A stretch of 64,000 nucleotides of DNA from Octopus sinensis (Eukaryota), in the NCBI RefSeq assembly GCF_006345805.1, contig NC_043006.1, positions 64,790,001 to 64,854,000 of the forward strand, given 5' to 3'. The notes under the pieces were generated by a model. It did not search any database, was not told where the DNA came from, and worked only from the letters and a program-made list of their open reading frames with translations. Shown here piece after piece: positions 1-13,586 of this stretch (position 1 is the stretch's first letter; the number at the start of each line of letters is the position of its first letter). The position numbers were made by a program, and so were the translations under genes.

Positions 1-158
1 CAGTTTTTACCAAATCCGTTCTCAAAGTTTTGATCAACCCAGGGCTATAGCAGAAGGCACTTATCCAATGTGCTATGCAGTGGGATGAACCCATTGGGAC
101 TGAACCCAATACACATGATTGGGAAGCAAGCACCTTAACCACACAGCTACACCTGCAC
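1..158 (-). mobile_element. SINE family A, 5' head (runs off window start)
   Basis: Reverse complement of the recurrent head GTGGCTGTGTGGTAAG..GCTTCCCAACCACATGG..GGGTTCAGTCCCACTG..CCTTGGGCAAGTGTCTTC (tRNA-like A/B boxes plus CORE-like segment). Confidence 0.85.
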
Positions 159-366
159 CTAGGGCCTACAAGAAGGGCCAGTGATCCAGCCCAGGGTCCA
201 AAGAGTAAGGAGGAGTCCATGACGAGGTTCTGGAACCTCCTCACTACAAAACAATAAAAAAAAGAAGTAAAATGTAAAAAAAACTTTCCTTCACAGCTTT
301 CTTGAATTATGAGAGAACCATTCCTTTTAGCCTGAAAATAATCTTGTTCTGTTAATCCAAATTTCT

Positions 367-724
367 GGTGTGGCTGTGAGGTAAGAAGCTTGGTTCCCAA
401 ACACATGGCTCCGGGTTCAGTCCCACAGAGTGGTACTATAGCCTCAGGTTGACCAAAGCCTTGTGAGTGGATTTGGTAGATGGGAACTGAAAGAAGCCTG
501 TCATATGTGTGTGTGTTTGTGAGAGAGAGAGAAAGTGTTTGTGTTTGTCCCCCACTGCTGCTTGACAACTGGTGTTGGTGCATTTACATCCTTGTAACTT
601 AGCAGTCCAGCAAAAAGGAACTGATAGAATCAAGTTTAAAAAGGGGAGAAAAAGTACTGCAATTGATTCATTTGACAAGATATTCTTCAAGAAAATGCCC
701 CAGCATGGTCCTGCAACAATGTGG
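367..724 (+). mobile_element. SINE family A, near full length
   Basis: Head TGGCTGTGAGGTAAGAAGCTTGG, GGTTCAGTCCC, internal (GT)n, body GCTTGACAAC..CCAGCATGG shared with many copies in the window. Confidence 0.85.
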
Positions 725-1124
725 TTTCAGGTTAACTCCTGCTACATAGCACATTGGACAAGTGTCTTCTACTATAGCTCAGGGCTGATCAATGTATTGT
801 GAGTGGATCTAGTAGACAGAAACTGAGTAGAAATGTGTGTGTGTGTGTGTGTGTGCATCTTTGTACTTCATCCTCATCACCTGACAAATTACATGCAGTA
901 CGGAATTTTGTCAGTGAACAGGTTGCGGTCTCAAACTGACAAAAATATTTTGGCAAATTAAATTTAAATGTTGAAGTGAATCTAACAGTTTTTGTGTGTT
1001 TCTTAAATGGCTTATAAACACCTTCCACACTGCAATTGTTTTCGTTTCAGCACATGAGCTCAGATAAGGTCACATGCTATGCAAGTACATCTCCGTAATA
1101 TATATATATATTATAAATTTCAAC

Positions 1125-1292
1125 TAGCACCCACTACACTCTCGGAGTGGTTGGCGTCAGGAAGAGCATCAAGCTGTAGAAACTCTGCCAGATCAGACTG
1201 GAGCCTAGTGCAGCCATCTGGCTCGCCAGTCCTCTGTCAAATCGTCCAACCCATGCCAGCATCGAAAGCGGATGTTAAATGATGATGATGAT
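1125..1292 (+). mobile_element. SINE family B, 3' portion with (GAT)n tail
   Basis: GCACCCACTACACTCTCGGAGTGGTTGGCG..TGCCAGCATCGAAAGCGGATGTTAAATGATGATGATG; same motif at 50.6, 58.9, 60.5 and 62.1 kb. Confidence 0.85.
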
Positions 1293-1603
1293 TATATATA
1301 TATAAATTAGAAAAAAAACACCTTTTATCAATTCAATAATGAAAAATTAAATTATACCATTTAGAAAAATTACTACCAAATATATACGTTTTATTTACTA
1401 TTTTGCATATTACTTAATCATTGTTATATGTTATATCTTACATTTAATCTTTCTATAATATGTAATTTTTCTAAATGGCATAATGGTGTTTTTTTTTTCT
1501 AATTTATATATATATATATATTATATTTTGTGAAATTTGATTTAGTATTTCTAAATTGAATTTTTCCCTGTAAGTTTGGAATAATATTCCCTCATATTAT
1601 TAT

Positions 1604-1606
<3 letters not shown>

Positions 1607-1674
<68 letters not shown>

Positions 1675-1690
1675 CACACACATACACATC
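1607..1690. repeat. (TA)n/(CA)n microsatellite
   Basis: Directly visible. Confidence 0.95.
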
Positions 1691-2221
1691 ATCATCATCA
1701 TGTAACATCTGCCCTCCATGCTAGCATGGGTGGGACAAATGTGTGTGTAATTTTCTTCCAATCACTTGACAACTGGTTTGTTTACATCCCCCATAACTTA
1801 GGGGTAACCCCAACATGACCACAATCCAATTATTGAAATGAATAAAAAATAAAAAAAGAATAGCTAAGTCAGAGGAAGAAAAGCAACTAGTACCCTTTGA
1901 TTGGCAGGGGGAAGTTATCCTCAGACCAGAAACCTGACCTCAGAGATAGAGTTCAACTAGGAAATAGATAAAGTTTGCTATTTACAAACAACAAGTCACC
2001 CTCAATGAGCTTCTGTCCACTTTCCATTGACCTAATTTCATTCAAAGCTTTGACTGAAACAAGGCTACAGTAGAAGACACTTGCCCAAGGTGCTGTGCAG
2101 TACCTTCAAACATGAATATCCATGTAGCTGTCAGGTGAACCTCTTCACCATACACCCAGACTCATACCCCATTGTTACTTTAGGAAGTGAGTTGGGATGT
2201 TTATGTCTTTTACAAATATAC

Positions 2222-2435
2222 TGGCTTCAAATTTTGGCACAAGGCCAGCAATTTCGGACGGGGCATAAGTCAATTATATCAACCCCAGTGCTCAACTTGT
2301 ACCTATTCTAATGACCCTGAAAGAATGAAAAGCAAAGTCAGCCATGGCAGAATTTGAACTCGAAACATTAAGTCAGATGAAATATCGCTAAGTATTTTGC
2401 CTGCCATGCAAATACTTATGTCAGCTTGCTGCCAT
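2222..2435 (-). mobile_element. SINE family C, diverged
   Basis: Reverse complement of head GGCGGCGAGCTGGCAGAA..GAGTTCAAATTCCGCC and central GCCTTTCATCCTTTCGGGGTCGATAAA-type domain. Confidence 0.8.
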
Positions 2436-2477
2436 GCCTTTTACAAAGACATTGGGAGCCCAAATAATCTGGAATAC

Positions 2478-2690
2478 TGATTTCAAATTTTGGCATAAGG
2501 CCAGCAAGTTCAGGGCAAGGGTCTAGGTGATTACATTGACCCCAGTACTCAACTGGTACTTATTTAATCAACCCTGAAAAAATGACAAGGTTGACTTCAG
2601 TGGAATTTGGACTCAGAGTGTAAAGACAGATGAAATGCTGCTAAGCATTTTGCCCTGCATGGCAAGAATTCTTCCAGCTTGCTGCCTTAA
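2478..2690 (-). mobile_element. SINE family C, diverged, second copy
   Basis: Same organisation as 2222-2435. Confidence 0.8.
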
Positions 2691-3647
2691 AATGAACTGA
2701 AATATTGAAAAACAAAAATGAGATGAACAACTCTATCTCCCTCAGACCTGTTTTAAAATAAAATGGGAAAACACACTGGATAATGTGATCATAGATACAC
2801 TATTATTGAATAATAAATGGGATGGTCATAGCTGGAATGTTTGGCTACAGATCTACTGGATTAGGAAAAATCTAGAGATTAACAACAACCAAAAGTCAAG
2901 TTAGATCACAAACTAGGCTCACACTGTTAGTTTTGTATGTCATTTTTTGACACAAAATGAAAAACTTGTGTGATCATGGCCAAATGCTTTTGTGAGTGAA
3001 AGCAGGAGTGTTTCATTCAGCAGGAGTACATGTGACTACTTATGGAAGTGTGTGTGGTGGTTTAACACAGAAACACAGACTTGTTTTCTATTTTGCCATA
3101 CACTACAAGTGATTAACCAAATAGTGAAAGATTATATATTTGTCCGAGATGCATGTAGAGCAATGAATACACCCTGCATGCACTTGTTCAGTGTTCAAAC
3201 ATAGTTGATAAGCAGAGTTATGTTGAACAGCTGTTGCCATATGTAGAATGGATTTGGCTATCAGCCAAGTCCATCATGAAGATTACCATGCCACCTTCCT
3301 ACAAAAGGACAAGACAGACATTTTACCTTTGTCTGGCAGCTATGGAGAAGAAAATTTTATGGTTGATGAGGCTGAAAGAACTAAAGATAGACACTTTCCT
3401 CTTCGATCATGTTCCATTTGGAAATGAAAATTAGGGTGGATAAGGAAGAGCTTTATTTCAATAAATTTGTGAAAAGGTGGGTAGGTGTGATAAGAGTGGT
3501 TAGAATGGATGCAGCTACTCCAAGAAGGCTTTTTTTTTTGTAGGTTGGAAAACAGTTCAACGAGTCTTCCTGTTTTTGATGGTTAAGGTGATCTTAGATG
3601 AGTAGGGTTGCTTGGTTGGTTCATGCATTCATGTATTTGTTTAGTAT

Positions 3648-4012
3648 CTTGTTTCAGTCATTGGACTGTGGCCATGCTGGGGCTCGGGTTTGAGGGGGTT
3701 TAGGCAAATAAACTGACCCTTGTACTTATTTTTTCCTTTCTTTCTGATACTTATTCTATTCATGTCTTAGTTGAACCACTAAGTTACAGGGACATAATCA
3801 AACCATCACTGGCTATCAAACGGTAGAGGACAAGCACAATGACATACACACACAGACAAATGATGAGCTTCCATACAGTTTCCGTCAACCAAATTCATTC
3901 ACAAGGTATTTTTTGGTCCAGGGCTACAGTAGAAGACACTTGACCAAGGTGTTGTGCACTGAGATTGAACCTGAAACAACGTGGTTGCAAGGTGAACTTC
4001 TTAGTCACAGCC
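3648..4012 (-). mobile_element. SINE family A
   Basis: TGTTTCAGTCATTGGACTGTGGCCATGCTGG (rc of 3' end) through rc of head. Confidence 0.8.
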
Positions 4013-4470
4013 AGGTGTATCTAGAACTACATTATTCAATGAACCTTTTTCTTTTCTTTTCAACAGAGTTTATAGTGCGGGGATGGAGAAGCTTTTTGAA
4101 TGTCAGAAAGTTGCATAGAAGTTTACTGTCACCTGAACAGTCACATACTTATGAGTAAATATTATTTCTGTTTTTTAATTAACCTCAATTCAACCCTGAT
4201 CCAGTAGATCTATTATTAAAACTGTTCCAGCCATGACAATCCCATCTTCTATTCTGACAGAATATCTAGCATATTATCTAAAGTGCTCTTTTATTTATAA
4301 GATGTCAGGCTGTAATTTGGGGGAAATTTGGCTGTTATTGACAGATTCAGCAGTACATAAAATGTCTAAGAAAAGACTCCTTTAATAAATGGGTGTATAA
4401 TTACAAAACCAAAATTCTGAGATGGTGTGTGTGTGTGCGTGTATAGACATACACACACACATATATAGAT

Positions 4471-4887
4471 GCAGGCATGGGTGTATGGTAAGAAGTTTGC
4501 TTCCCAACCACATGGTTCCAGGTTCAGTCCCACTGCATGGCACCTTGGGCAAGTGTCTTCTACTACAGCCTCAAGCTGACCAAAGCTCTACAAGTGGATT
4601 AGGTAGATGGAAATTGAAAGAAGCCCAATGTATACACACACACACGTGTGTGTGTCTTTGTATCTGTGTTGTCCTCCACTGCTTGACAACCGGTGCTGGT
4701 GTGTTTATGTCCCCACCACTTAGTGGTTTCACAAAACAGACTGACAGAATAAGTGCCAAGCTCAAACAAATAAGCACTTGGGGTTGATTTCTTTGACTAA
4801 ATTTCCTCAAGGTGGTGTCCCAGCATGGCCAGCCAGTGACTCTCCCCACCCCATTGTCTGGTGACTGAAACAGGTAAAAGATAAAAG
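4471..4887 (+). mobile_element. SINE family A, full length
   Basis: GCAGGCATGGGTGTATGGTAAGAAG..GGTTCAGTCCC..GACTGAAACAGGTAAAAGATAAAAG. Confidence 0.85.
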
Positions 4888-5889
4888 TATACCATGTTCA
4901 TTTGTGTGAGTAGTCACAGGGTAATTAAGTGGATAGACAGGTATTTTGATCACCTTGTTGTTTTTAGATGAGGGGTAGGTAACAAGTGTTGATGGAATGG
5001 GATTAGTGGAGATGAATAACATTTTACATGGTTGACCTCAATCTGACACAGGCACAGCAGAGGGGGGGGGTGTGCACTTGCACCTATATAGGTTATAAGT
5101 TTAAATATTTGTTACTATATTTAGAACCTATGAGTTGTGGTTCTTAGCTATTAAGATATGCAACAGCAATCACAAGGATTTCTTGGCACAGTCCAAGTCT
5201 TTGCTTTGTTTCACAATTTGCTAGAAATAGCAGATAAATCTCCCTCAAATTACATTGTATGAATCTAGTCGCCTTGAGAGCCTACAAAGGTCATAGACAC
5301 AGTTCCTCTCAATAGAAGACACCCACTGGCAGCAGTCCAATTACTGAAACAAGTAAAAACTAAAAGAAAACAGGTGTACACACACACACACACACACATG
5401 GGGGGGGGCATCAAGCCATAGGAACCATGCCAAAGCAGACACTGGTAGACAATGCAGTTCTTAGACCCATCAGGGCCTATCAAACCATCCAACCAATGCT
5501 AGCATGGAACATGGACATCAAATGATGAAGATGATGATGATGACATACAGTGGAATCTCAGTTTATGAATGCCTCTCATCAAGAACAAGACCAACAATTT
5601 TCCAAACATAAAATGTTTCAGGTGATGAATGGTGTCTTGACTACAAACATGTAAGCCAGCAACAGTGATTGGTGACAAGCTGGGGTTATCAGTGGGAGAG
5701 CATCAGTTGGTGCCTAGCTTTCACTCAGTACATATCCTTGCTCGAATTTGTTGTACCTTCTCTTGAATTTCCTGTGGGAGAAATAATTTCAGTTTATGAA
5801 CATTTTGGGCAACAAACAGCCTTCAAGGATGAATTAAATTCATAAACCGAGGTTCTACTGTATTTATCTGTGTATTTTTTCTTCAAATA

Positions 5890-6480
5890 GTTATAAATGG
5901 ATTCTGAGGTGGCTGAGGAGTTGCATTTTTGTTCAGAAGTTCCTTCCACAAGAGGGACAGGTGGTTCCGGACGGAGGATACCTTCTTGGTTGTTCTCGCC
6001 TATCTTTTCTGTGCCTCCTCTTTTCTTCTTGCTTAGCAGACCAACTAGTCTCAAAAGTTGTTAGTTCTTCTTTAATGATAGATCTCCAGCATTCTCGACC
6101 TTGATCATTTCTCTGCCAGTTCTGTGTGTCAATATTACATTTCTTGAAATTGCTTTCAGGACATCTTTGAATCTTTTCTTTTGCCCTCCTCTTCTTTGTT
6201 ATCCTTCTTTTACTTGGGAGTAGAGAAGCTGCTTCAGTAGATGATTGTTTTTCATCTGGACAACATGACCAGTCCATCTTAGCTGTTTCTGGATGATACT
6301 AGCTTCAATGGAGGTAATGTTGGCTTCTTTCAACACGCTGATGTTTGTCCTTCTTTCTTCCCAACTGATATTCAGAATACTTTGAAGGGAGCATTGGTAG
6401 TATCTTTCAAGAGTTTTTACATCTGGAGATAAGAAGATAACCATTGACATGTTTCTGTCTCAACAGGCATCGTATATTAA
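5890..6480 (-). mobile_element. RTE/BovB-like LINE 3' fragment (pseudogenised ORF end with C2H2 finger)
   Basis: Translates to QLRWTGHVVQM..LLKQLLYSQ..NWQ..WRSIIKE..TCPSCGRNF*TKMQLLSHLRIH, typical of the RTE ORF C-terminus; frameshifts and stops present. Confidence 0.85.
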
Positions 6481-6749
6481 TACACATACACACATGTGTC
6501 TAATATGCACGGGCATATTAGACACACCCCAATTTCAGCAATTTATACTCAAAAAGGATTGAAGCATGTAATACTTAAAGCAATCTAGCAGTATGCTATG
6601 AAATATTACAAGTAGTAGTAGTAGCAGTAGTAACAATAATAATGCTTTCTTTATCACTAAGGGTTCATAAAAAAACATTGGGAATGGTACTGGACAATAC
6701 AATGTGGGGTTATGTAAGTAGAAGAGTATAAACTGTAAAAATGATATAA

Positions 6750-7945
6750 ATTCTGACTTCTTCCTGGTCCAAGTCGGTGTCAAGCAAGGATGCTTACTTG
6801 CCCCAGTCGTCTTCAACTTCCACATGGCAGCCATAGCCCTCCACGCCAGGCATTCATTCAAGCAGAAAGATGCAATAACTATCAGGTGCCAGCTGGATGG
6901 CAGTATTTTCAATCTGAGGCACCTGGAATCTGTAACAAAGGTGTCATCTCAACACTTCTTCGAGTTGCAATATGGCACATGTCAGCCATAGCTCTGCTGG
7001 CCTTCAAAGGCTCTTGGACCACATGTCAGATGCATACAGCCATGCTGGCCTAGTCATCAATACCAAGAAGATGGAAATCCTCTGACAGTCTTGTGTTCCC
7101 AACACTAACCCATGCTCCTTCCATGTTGAAGATGCGACAATTGTTAATGTTAACCAATTCATGTACCTTGGTTCAGTCCTCAACAACACCCTCAATCTGA
7201 CAGACAATATTCAGTGCCGTATTTGTCTTGGCTCTGCTACATTTGGTCGGCTAAGTACTTGCATCCTTCTCAACAAAAGGATCAACATCAGAACAAGAGT
7301 GGCTATCTACAATGCTGTTTGTGTCTCAATTGTGCTATATGGCTGTGAGTCTTGGATGCCCTACTGGTGTCATATCACAATGCCCAAACAGTTTCATATC
7401 TCTCACTTTCAATAACTCCTTCACTTACACTGGTGGAACAAGATCCCACCTGCCGAGATATGTGGCCGAACAGCCAGCCATTGGAGGTAACAATCGCTAA
7501 CTGCCAACGTAGATGGGCAGGACATGTCATTCGAATGCCTTCAAATCAATTGCCCCGCCTTGTTATGTACAGTGAACTTGAAGATGGAAGACACTCTGTT
7601 GGTGATCAGCGCAAGTACTTTAAAGGTCCCCTAAAGGCAATGCGGAAAATGTGTCATATCCCTTCCAACAGTCTTGAATCAATGGCTGCAGATCACACTA
7701 GCTGGCGTGACGTATACAAGGCTGGCACCACCAGACTCCAAGAAGTTCTACTGCAGAATGAAGTGGCATGCCACGCCTGGCAGCATATGCAGGAGCCTGG
7801 AAGTCAACAGCAGCAAGGCTTTACATGCTCCACCTGCAGATATACCTATCTCTCCAGAATCAGACTTCATAGTCATCAGAGGTCACATGACTACAAAGTA
7901 CTCATTGCTTAGCAATGTTCAGGAAATGATGATGATAATGACAAT
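6750..7945 (+). mobile_element. RTE/BovB-like LINE 3' ~1.2 kb (RT to C-terminal C2H2), pseudogenised
   Basis: GVKQGCLLAPVVFN (RT), VLYGCESW, RRWAGHVIRM..LPRLVMYSEL, FTCSTCRYTYLSRIRLHSHQRSH; (GAT)n-like tail at ~7926-7942. Confidence 0.9.
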
Positions 7946-8350
7946 CTGAGTCTGCAAATAAGTAAAAAGACTTTATTATGCAGACGAGGTCAAGTAGACT
8001 GAAACACATGTCTATAATAGACAATATGTGGCATTTAGTTCATCAATTTAATTATCCAAATTCATGCTATTGGTCATTTTGAGTTAGTTCCCATAACTTG
8101 TTTTACATACATAGATAATTATATACATACACATGCATTTTGCACATATGTTTGTTGGAATATGTAGATATATACACACACATACTACATATATCTGGGA
8201 CAAGAAACATTTGCAAGACTAAGATTTAAAAAATGAACAAAACAAATGGCTTTCCTTTGTAACCTTATTATCAAGGAGGTGACTGGTTAAATTTAGCTCT
8301 AAATGAAAAAGAGAAAAAAGAACGAACACGCAAGTATAGATACATATATA

Positions 8351-8700
8351 ACTGAGAGGTTAAGATGCTAGCTTTGTAACAAAGTGGTTTGGGGTTCAGT
8401 CCCACTGCACAGCATCTTGGGCAAGTGTCTTCTTCTACAGCTTCAGGCTGACAGATATCTTGCGAGTAAATTTGGGAGATGGAAACTGTGTGGAAGCCTG
8501 CTAAGGTACTTGGTAACCCTGTCAGTGATGGTGCCATATAAAAAGCATCCAATACACACTGTAAAGTGTTTGGCATTAGGAAGAGCATCCAGCTGTAGAA
8601 ACCATGCCAAACAGACAATGGAGCTTGGTACAGCTCTCAGCTTTGCCAGCTCCTGTCAAAATGTCCAGTCCATGCCAGCATAGAAAACAGATGCTGATGA
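8351..8700 (+). mobile_element. SINE family A head joined to family B 3' portion
   Basis: GGGTTCAGTCCCACTGCACAGCATCTTGGGCAAGTGTC followed by AAAAAGCATCCAATACAC..CATGCCAGCATAGAAAACAGATG. Confidence 0.7.
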
Positions 8701-8734
8701 CTATATATGTGCGCGAGTATGTGTGTGTGTGTGA

Positions 8735-8990
8735 GGGTGTATGGAGTAGTGGTTAGGGTGTTGCACTCACGATCAGGAGATCGTGATTTCAATTCCTAGA
8801 TTGGATAGTGCGTTGTGTTCTTTAGCAAAACACTTCATCTCCAAATGCGTGGTATACAGTGCACCTGTTCAGACAACATCGATTTGATGGAGAGAGAGTA
8901 AGCTAATGTGTGGCATCACTATAAACAAATCTCTTGTACAGGTCGTTTGGCAAAAGCTGAATGCTCATAAGCGGTCAATAATGGGAGAGT
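8735..8990 (+). mobile_element. SINE family D (tRNA head plus CORE-like box)
   Basis: GGAGTAGTGGTTAGGGTG..GATTTCAATTCC..GTGTTCTTTAGCAAAACACTTCAT; related copies at 52.3, 62.3 and 63.3 kb. Confidence 0.7.
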
Positions 8991-9384
8991 TCATCATATA
9001 TATATATATGTATGTGTATATATACTTACAAAGTATGGGGGTTTAGTTCACAGGTGATCTAAACAATTAGGTACGCTAGGTAAGTGCTGTAACAGATTAC
9101 TAGTGCTCCAAGGTTGTAGCCGAGACAGTAGTTATGAAGCCATTGCAGATTTCTGATACCATTCTCATTTCCCTATTTGTCTCTGATATCCCAGAATATC
9201 CCAGAAACAGCAGTAAGAATTCGAATTTTTTCCAATAATAATATAATAATAAGTATATGACTCGAGATGTCTGCCTTGCCTTAACGTTTGTTGTCCTTTT
9301 TAACAATTATATATACATTCTTTTATGTGTTTCAGCCAGGTGGCTGTGGTCATGCTGGAGAACCATATCATGTACACACACACA

Positions 9385-9660
9385 CACATATATATATCAC
9401 CGTGACCGACCAAGCTATCAGATGTTGCTACACATCACTGGTCACAATGTGCTTCACATTGTTTTAGCCTTCAAATGATGCCACCCTGCTGGCTAAGCAA
9501 GCAGGCCAACAGAAGAAAGAGTGAGAGAAAGTCGTGGCGAAAGAGTACAGCAGGGATCGCCACCACCCCCTGCCAGAGGCTCGTGGAGCTTTAGGTGTTT
9601 TCGCTCAATAAACACTCACAACGCCCGGTCTGGGAATCGAAACCGCGAGTCCGCTGGGCC
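9385..9660 (-). mobile_element. tRNA-derived SINE, additional family
   Basis: rc contains GGTTTCGATTCCCAGACCGGGCGTTGTGAGTGTTTATTGAGCGAAAACACC (B box plus CORE-like). Confidence 0.65.
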
Positions 9661-10267
9661 ATTGCGCCTCCACACACACATATATATATATGTGTCCAAT
9701 GATGCAGTCCAATGATGAAAGCAAGAAACGGATACAAGTTAATACACATAGATAATATATACACTCAAAATTATCATCATCATAATTTAATATCTGTTTT
9801 CCATGCTGGCAGGGGTTGGACTAGTAATATTGAAATATTTAAAGCTATTTGTCATCAGAAAGCACAACAGAACCAATCCTGTGTAATAAGAGAAAGGAGG
9901 AAATTTCGTTTGTGTTGTTTTAAAATAGGTTTAAGCAAACGTCAGTCAGATAAGATGACATATCTTTCATGTTAGAGCAAAACTGACAAGCAAACAAGGG
10001 AACCACTATGCAGTTGCTCAACCTGCAAGATATAGCAGTCAAATCTCTCTCAAATCATATACTACCATCAATGTATGCAAAAAAGATAGCATGATGATCA
10101 TGACTAGGACCCTTTTGGTAATATATTTTGGAGTTGACTTGGGGTTAAACAAGATATATTATCTTTAGTTGTTCATATTTAGCCCCAAGTCAGTCGTGAT
10201 AGGAATCAAAGACATTTAAACAATGATTATCTTGTCCTTTCCCCCACCCCTCTCCAGACAGTGTATA

Positions 10268-10640
10268 GAACATGCATGGTTGTGAGGTTAAGATACCCGC
10301 TTTGCAACAACATGGCTCTAAGTTCAGTCCCACTGCACAGCACCTTGGGCAAATGTCTTCCACTATGAACCTGGGCTGAGCAATGTTGGGTAAATTTGGT
10401 AGACGGAAACTACAATGGAAGCCCTGTGTGTGTGTGTGCGTGTGCTTGTTCCCCACCATCACTTGACAACCGTTGGTTTGTTTACATCCCCTAATTTAGC
10501 GGGTCGGCAAAAAGAAACGATAAAGTACCTGACGTTAAAAAACGATAATTACTGGGGTTGATTATTTCGACCAAACACTTCAAGACGATACCCCAGGAAT
10601 AGCCGTAGTCTAGTGACAGAAACAAGTAAAAGATCAAAAG
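10268..10640 (+). mobile_element. SINE family A
   Basis: Head, (GT)n and body as in other copies. Confidence 0.8.
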
Positions 10641-11026
10641 ATCACTGAAAGTGTATTTTGGACTATTAATACATTATCTAATGCGTTCTTCCTTTGAGAT
10701 GAGTATGGAGTGACATGAAGATGTGACTGTGTGAGAGATTGCCTGCCTCGTAGACACGTAATGTTTCTACTTGTCTGGTTCTGTATCCACCTGTTATTAT
10801 CTTTCCTCGTAACCATCTACGTACGGATGTGTGTGTGTGTGTGTGTGTGTGTTGTTTACGTCTCCATCCCACTTACTCTTTTTTCTGTTCATATTTCTTT
10901 GTCTCCCGCCCAATCTTCAAAATCTTTTATTTATTCTCAGTTGTAAACTCCTTTATTTGTTTGAAATCGTCACCCGTTTAGTAATTGAGAGAGAAGGAAA
11001 GAATTAGGTGAAACAGCGAGAAAAAA

Positions 11027-11028
11027 GT

Positions 11029-11068
<40 letters not shown>

Positions 11069-11109
11069 ATATAATTATATATATATATATATATGTATGT
11101 ATATATATA

Positions 11110-11155
<46 letters not shown>

Positions 11156-11168
11156 ATATATATATATT
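11027..11168. repeat. (TA)n microsatellite flanking PLE
   Basis: Directly visible. Confidence 0.95.
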
Positions 11169-11259
11169 GATAAAACGGTAAGATCAAAAGAAAGAAAGAG
11201 ACCTCAATATATGTAAATAGAGGAAATTTATCTATACAATATGGTACATTACTCGTAGT

Positions 11260-11325
11260 CAAGATAAAACTCTGAGTTTTCAGATGCCGAAGTGGAAATC
11301 CACAACACCATCTCTCGTTATCTGG
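11260..11325 (-). ncRNA. Hammerhead-like three-way junction in PLE 3' UTR (inverted arm)
   Basis: rc: CAGATAA-CGAGA-GATG..CATC-T-GAAAACTC-A-GAGTT-TTATCT; stems I/II/III pair, CUGANGA box degenerate. Confidence 0.45.
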
Positions 11326-13586
11326 CTATTTGAAAACGTATGAAAAAATTACCGTTAAAAATGAGGGAAATTACTCTGTTATAACTCTGCTTTGCCTGCG
11401 TATATACATCGCTCGCATTTCGTCATAAAAATATATGAAAAATACATAAAAATATATAAAAATATATAAAAATATATAAAATTTCTTGGGACATAACACA
11501 GAAAGCATGTTATCCGTTTTCTTTAGGGACCAAAAACGTAACAGAAATTTAGTCACATGTGGGCATGATCCGAAAGCTTGTCCTTGTATTTAGACATGTG
11601 TAGGGTCTAAGCTGCTTTTCCAGATAAGCCATTCTAATGTCGCATAAAACCGCACCTTCCGCTGCGTTAGTATAGGGCTTACATCTGGCCAAATCTTCCA
11701 TGTATGTTATAATCGACACCTTTATCTCTTAAAGACCAAATGATTGGATAATTGTGTCGCTTTTCTTTTGTCCAGTGCCTAAAGCTCAAAGTGTGGTTAT
11801 TGAACCTGGCCTTGAAATTACCCTCTGTCAGGCCACGTATTTCTTCGTCGAAAGGTGTCTTTAGGGTTATAGAGTTACGGTAGCTTATATATGATGGTCT
11901 TGGACATGCAAGCTCCATTTAGCGGGCACAATTCTTTATCCTGCATGAACAGCTGTTTTCTTCTTGTGTTTTTTGTATGTTATGATTGATTATGTGTTTT
12001 AAAATGGTAGTTGAACTAATACTAATTTTTAATTGTGTCTATTAAAGAGTTTCCTATAAGAATGGTTAACTGGAAAATGTCATCTATCAGTGCATGAACA
12101 GCTGTTTTCTCTTGTGTTTTTTGTATGTATGATGATTATGTTTAAATGTAGTTGAACTAAAACTAATTTTTAAATGTGTCTATTAAAGAGTTTCCTATAA
12201 GCATGGTTAATGGAAAATGTCTATCTATCAGTGCTAGGAAATATTTACCTATATTGAAGGCCACCTCGGGCAGGCATCTGTGATCTAATTGGACTCTTTC
12301 TCCTAGATACCTTCGGTAAGACATCCCTAACGTACATTTCGCCATCTACAAGATGATGCCCTGCCTTAACAGCTAATACAATGGACCAGCACAGATCGTT
12401 TTAGGAAGGATATTATCAGTTATGAAACACTTCGGACTTAAGTATACTATAGACACAACCTGACGGTTGTCAATTTCTTAGACGTTTCCTTAGATCTTAA
12501 TAATAATATTATAAGCCTTATAGGAAGCCCATGATAGATAAGTTATATTATGTAGGGTTCATGCCATCCCCCTATAGTATTCAAAAATTTAGTAAAAATA
12601 TTAGTAAGAGATTTCTAGCCTCTCATGTAATGAGGACATCTTCAATAGCGTTGCCCAGTTTATAAAAAGCTTTAAAAGATAGTGGTTTTAGCAAAAAAAT
12701 AAAATTACACCTATCACCAGCCCAACAATAAGGAAAAGGAATAATAGAAATAGGAAGGTCATCTGGTTTACGCCCCCCTTACTCACCCGAGGTGGCCTCA
12801 ATATAGGTAAATATTTTCCTAGCATGATAGATAGACATTTTCAGTTAACCATGCTTAAGGAAACCTCTTTAATAGACACAATTTAAAAATTAGTTTTAGT
12901 TCAACTACCAATTTTTAAAACATAATCAATCATAACATACAAAAAACACAAGAAGAAAACAGCTGTTCATGCAGAATAAAGAATTGTGCCCGCTAAATGG
13001 AGCTTGCATGTCCAGACCATCATATATAAGCTCCGTAAACTCTATAACCACTAAAGACACCGTTTCGACGAAGAATACGTGGGCCTGACAGAGGGTAATT
13101 TCAAGGCCAGGTTCAATACCACACTTTGAGCTTTAGGCACTGGAACAAAAGAGAAGCGACACAATTATCCAATCATATTTGGTCTTTAAGAGATAAGGTG
13201 TCGATTATAACATACAATGGAAGATTTTGGCCAGATGTAACCCTATACTACGGCAGCGGAAGGTGCGGTTTATGCGACATGGAGAGAGATGCTTATCTGG
13301 AAAAGCAGCTTAGACCCTACCACATGTCTAAATACAGGACAGAGCTTTTCGGATCATGCCCACATGTGACTAAATTTCTGTTACGTTTTTGGTCCCCTAA
13401 AGAAAACGGATAGAACATGCTTTCTGTGTTATGTCCCAAGAAGATTTTATATTTTTTTATGTATTTTTATATAATTTTTATGACGAAAAATGCGAGCGAT
13501 GTATAAGTACGCAGGCAAAGCAGAGTTATAACAGAGTAATTTCCCTTCATTTTTAACGGTATTTTTTCATAACGTTTTCAAATAGC

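Noticed and set aside
3300-3620. Possible PLE RT remnant on the minus strand (HPNFHFQMEH)
   Set aside because: Too degenerate to support by eye
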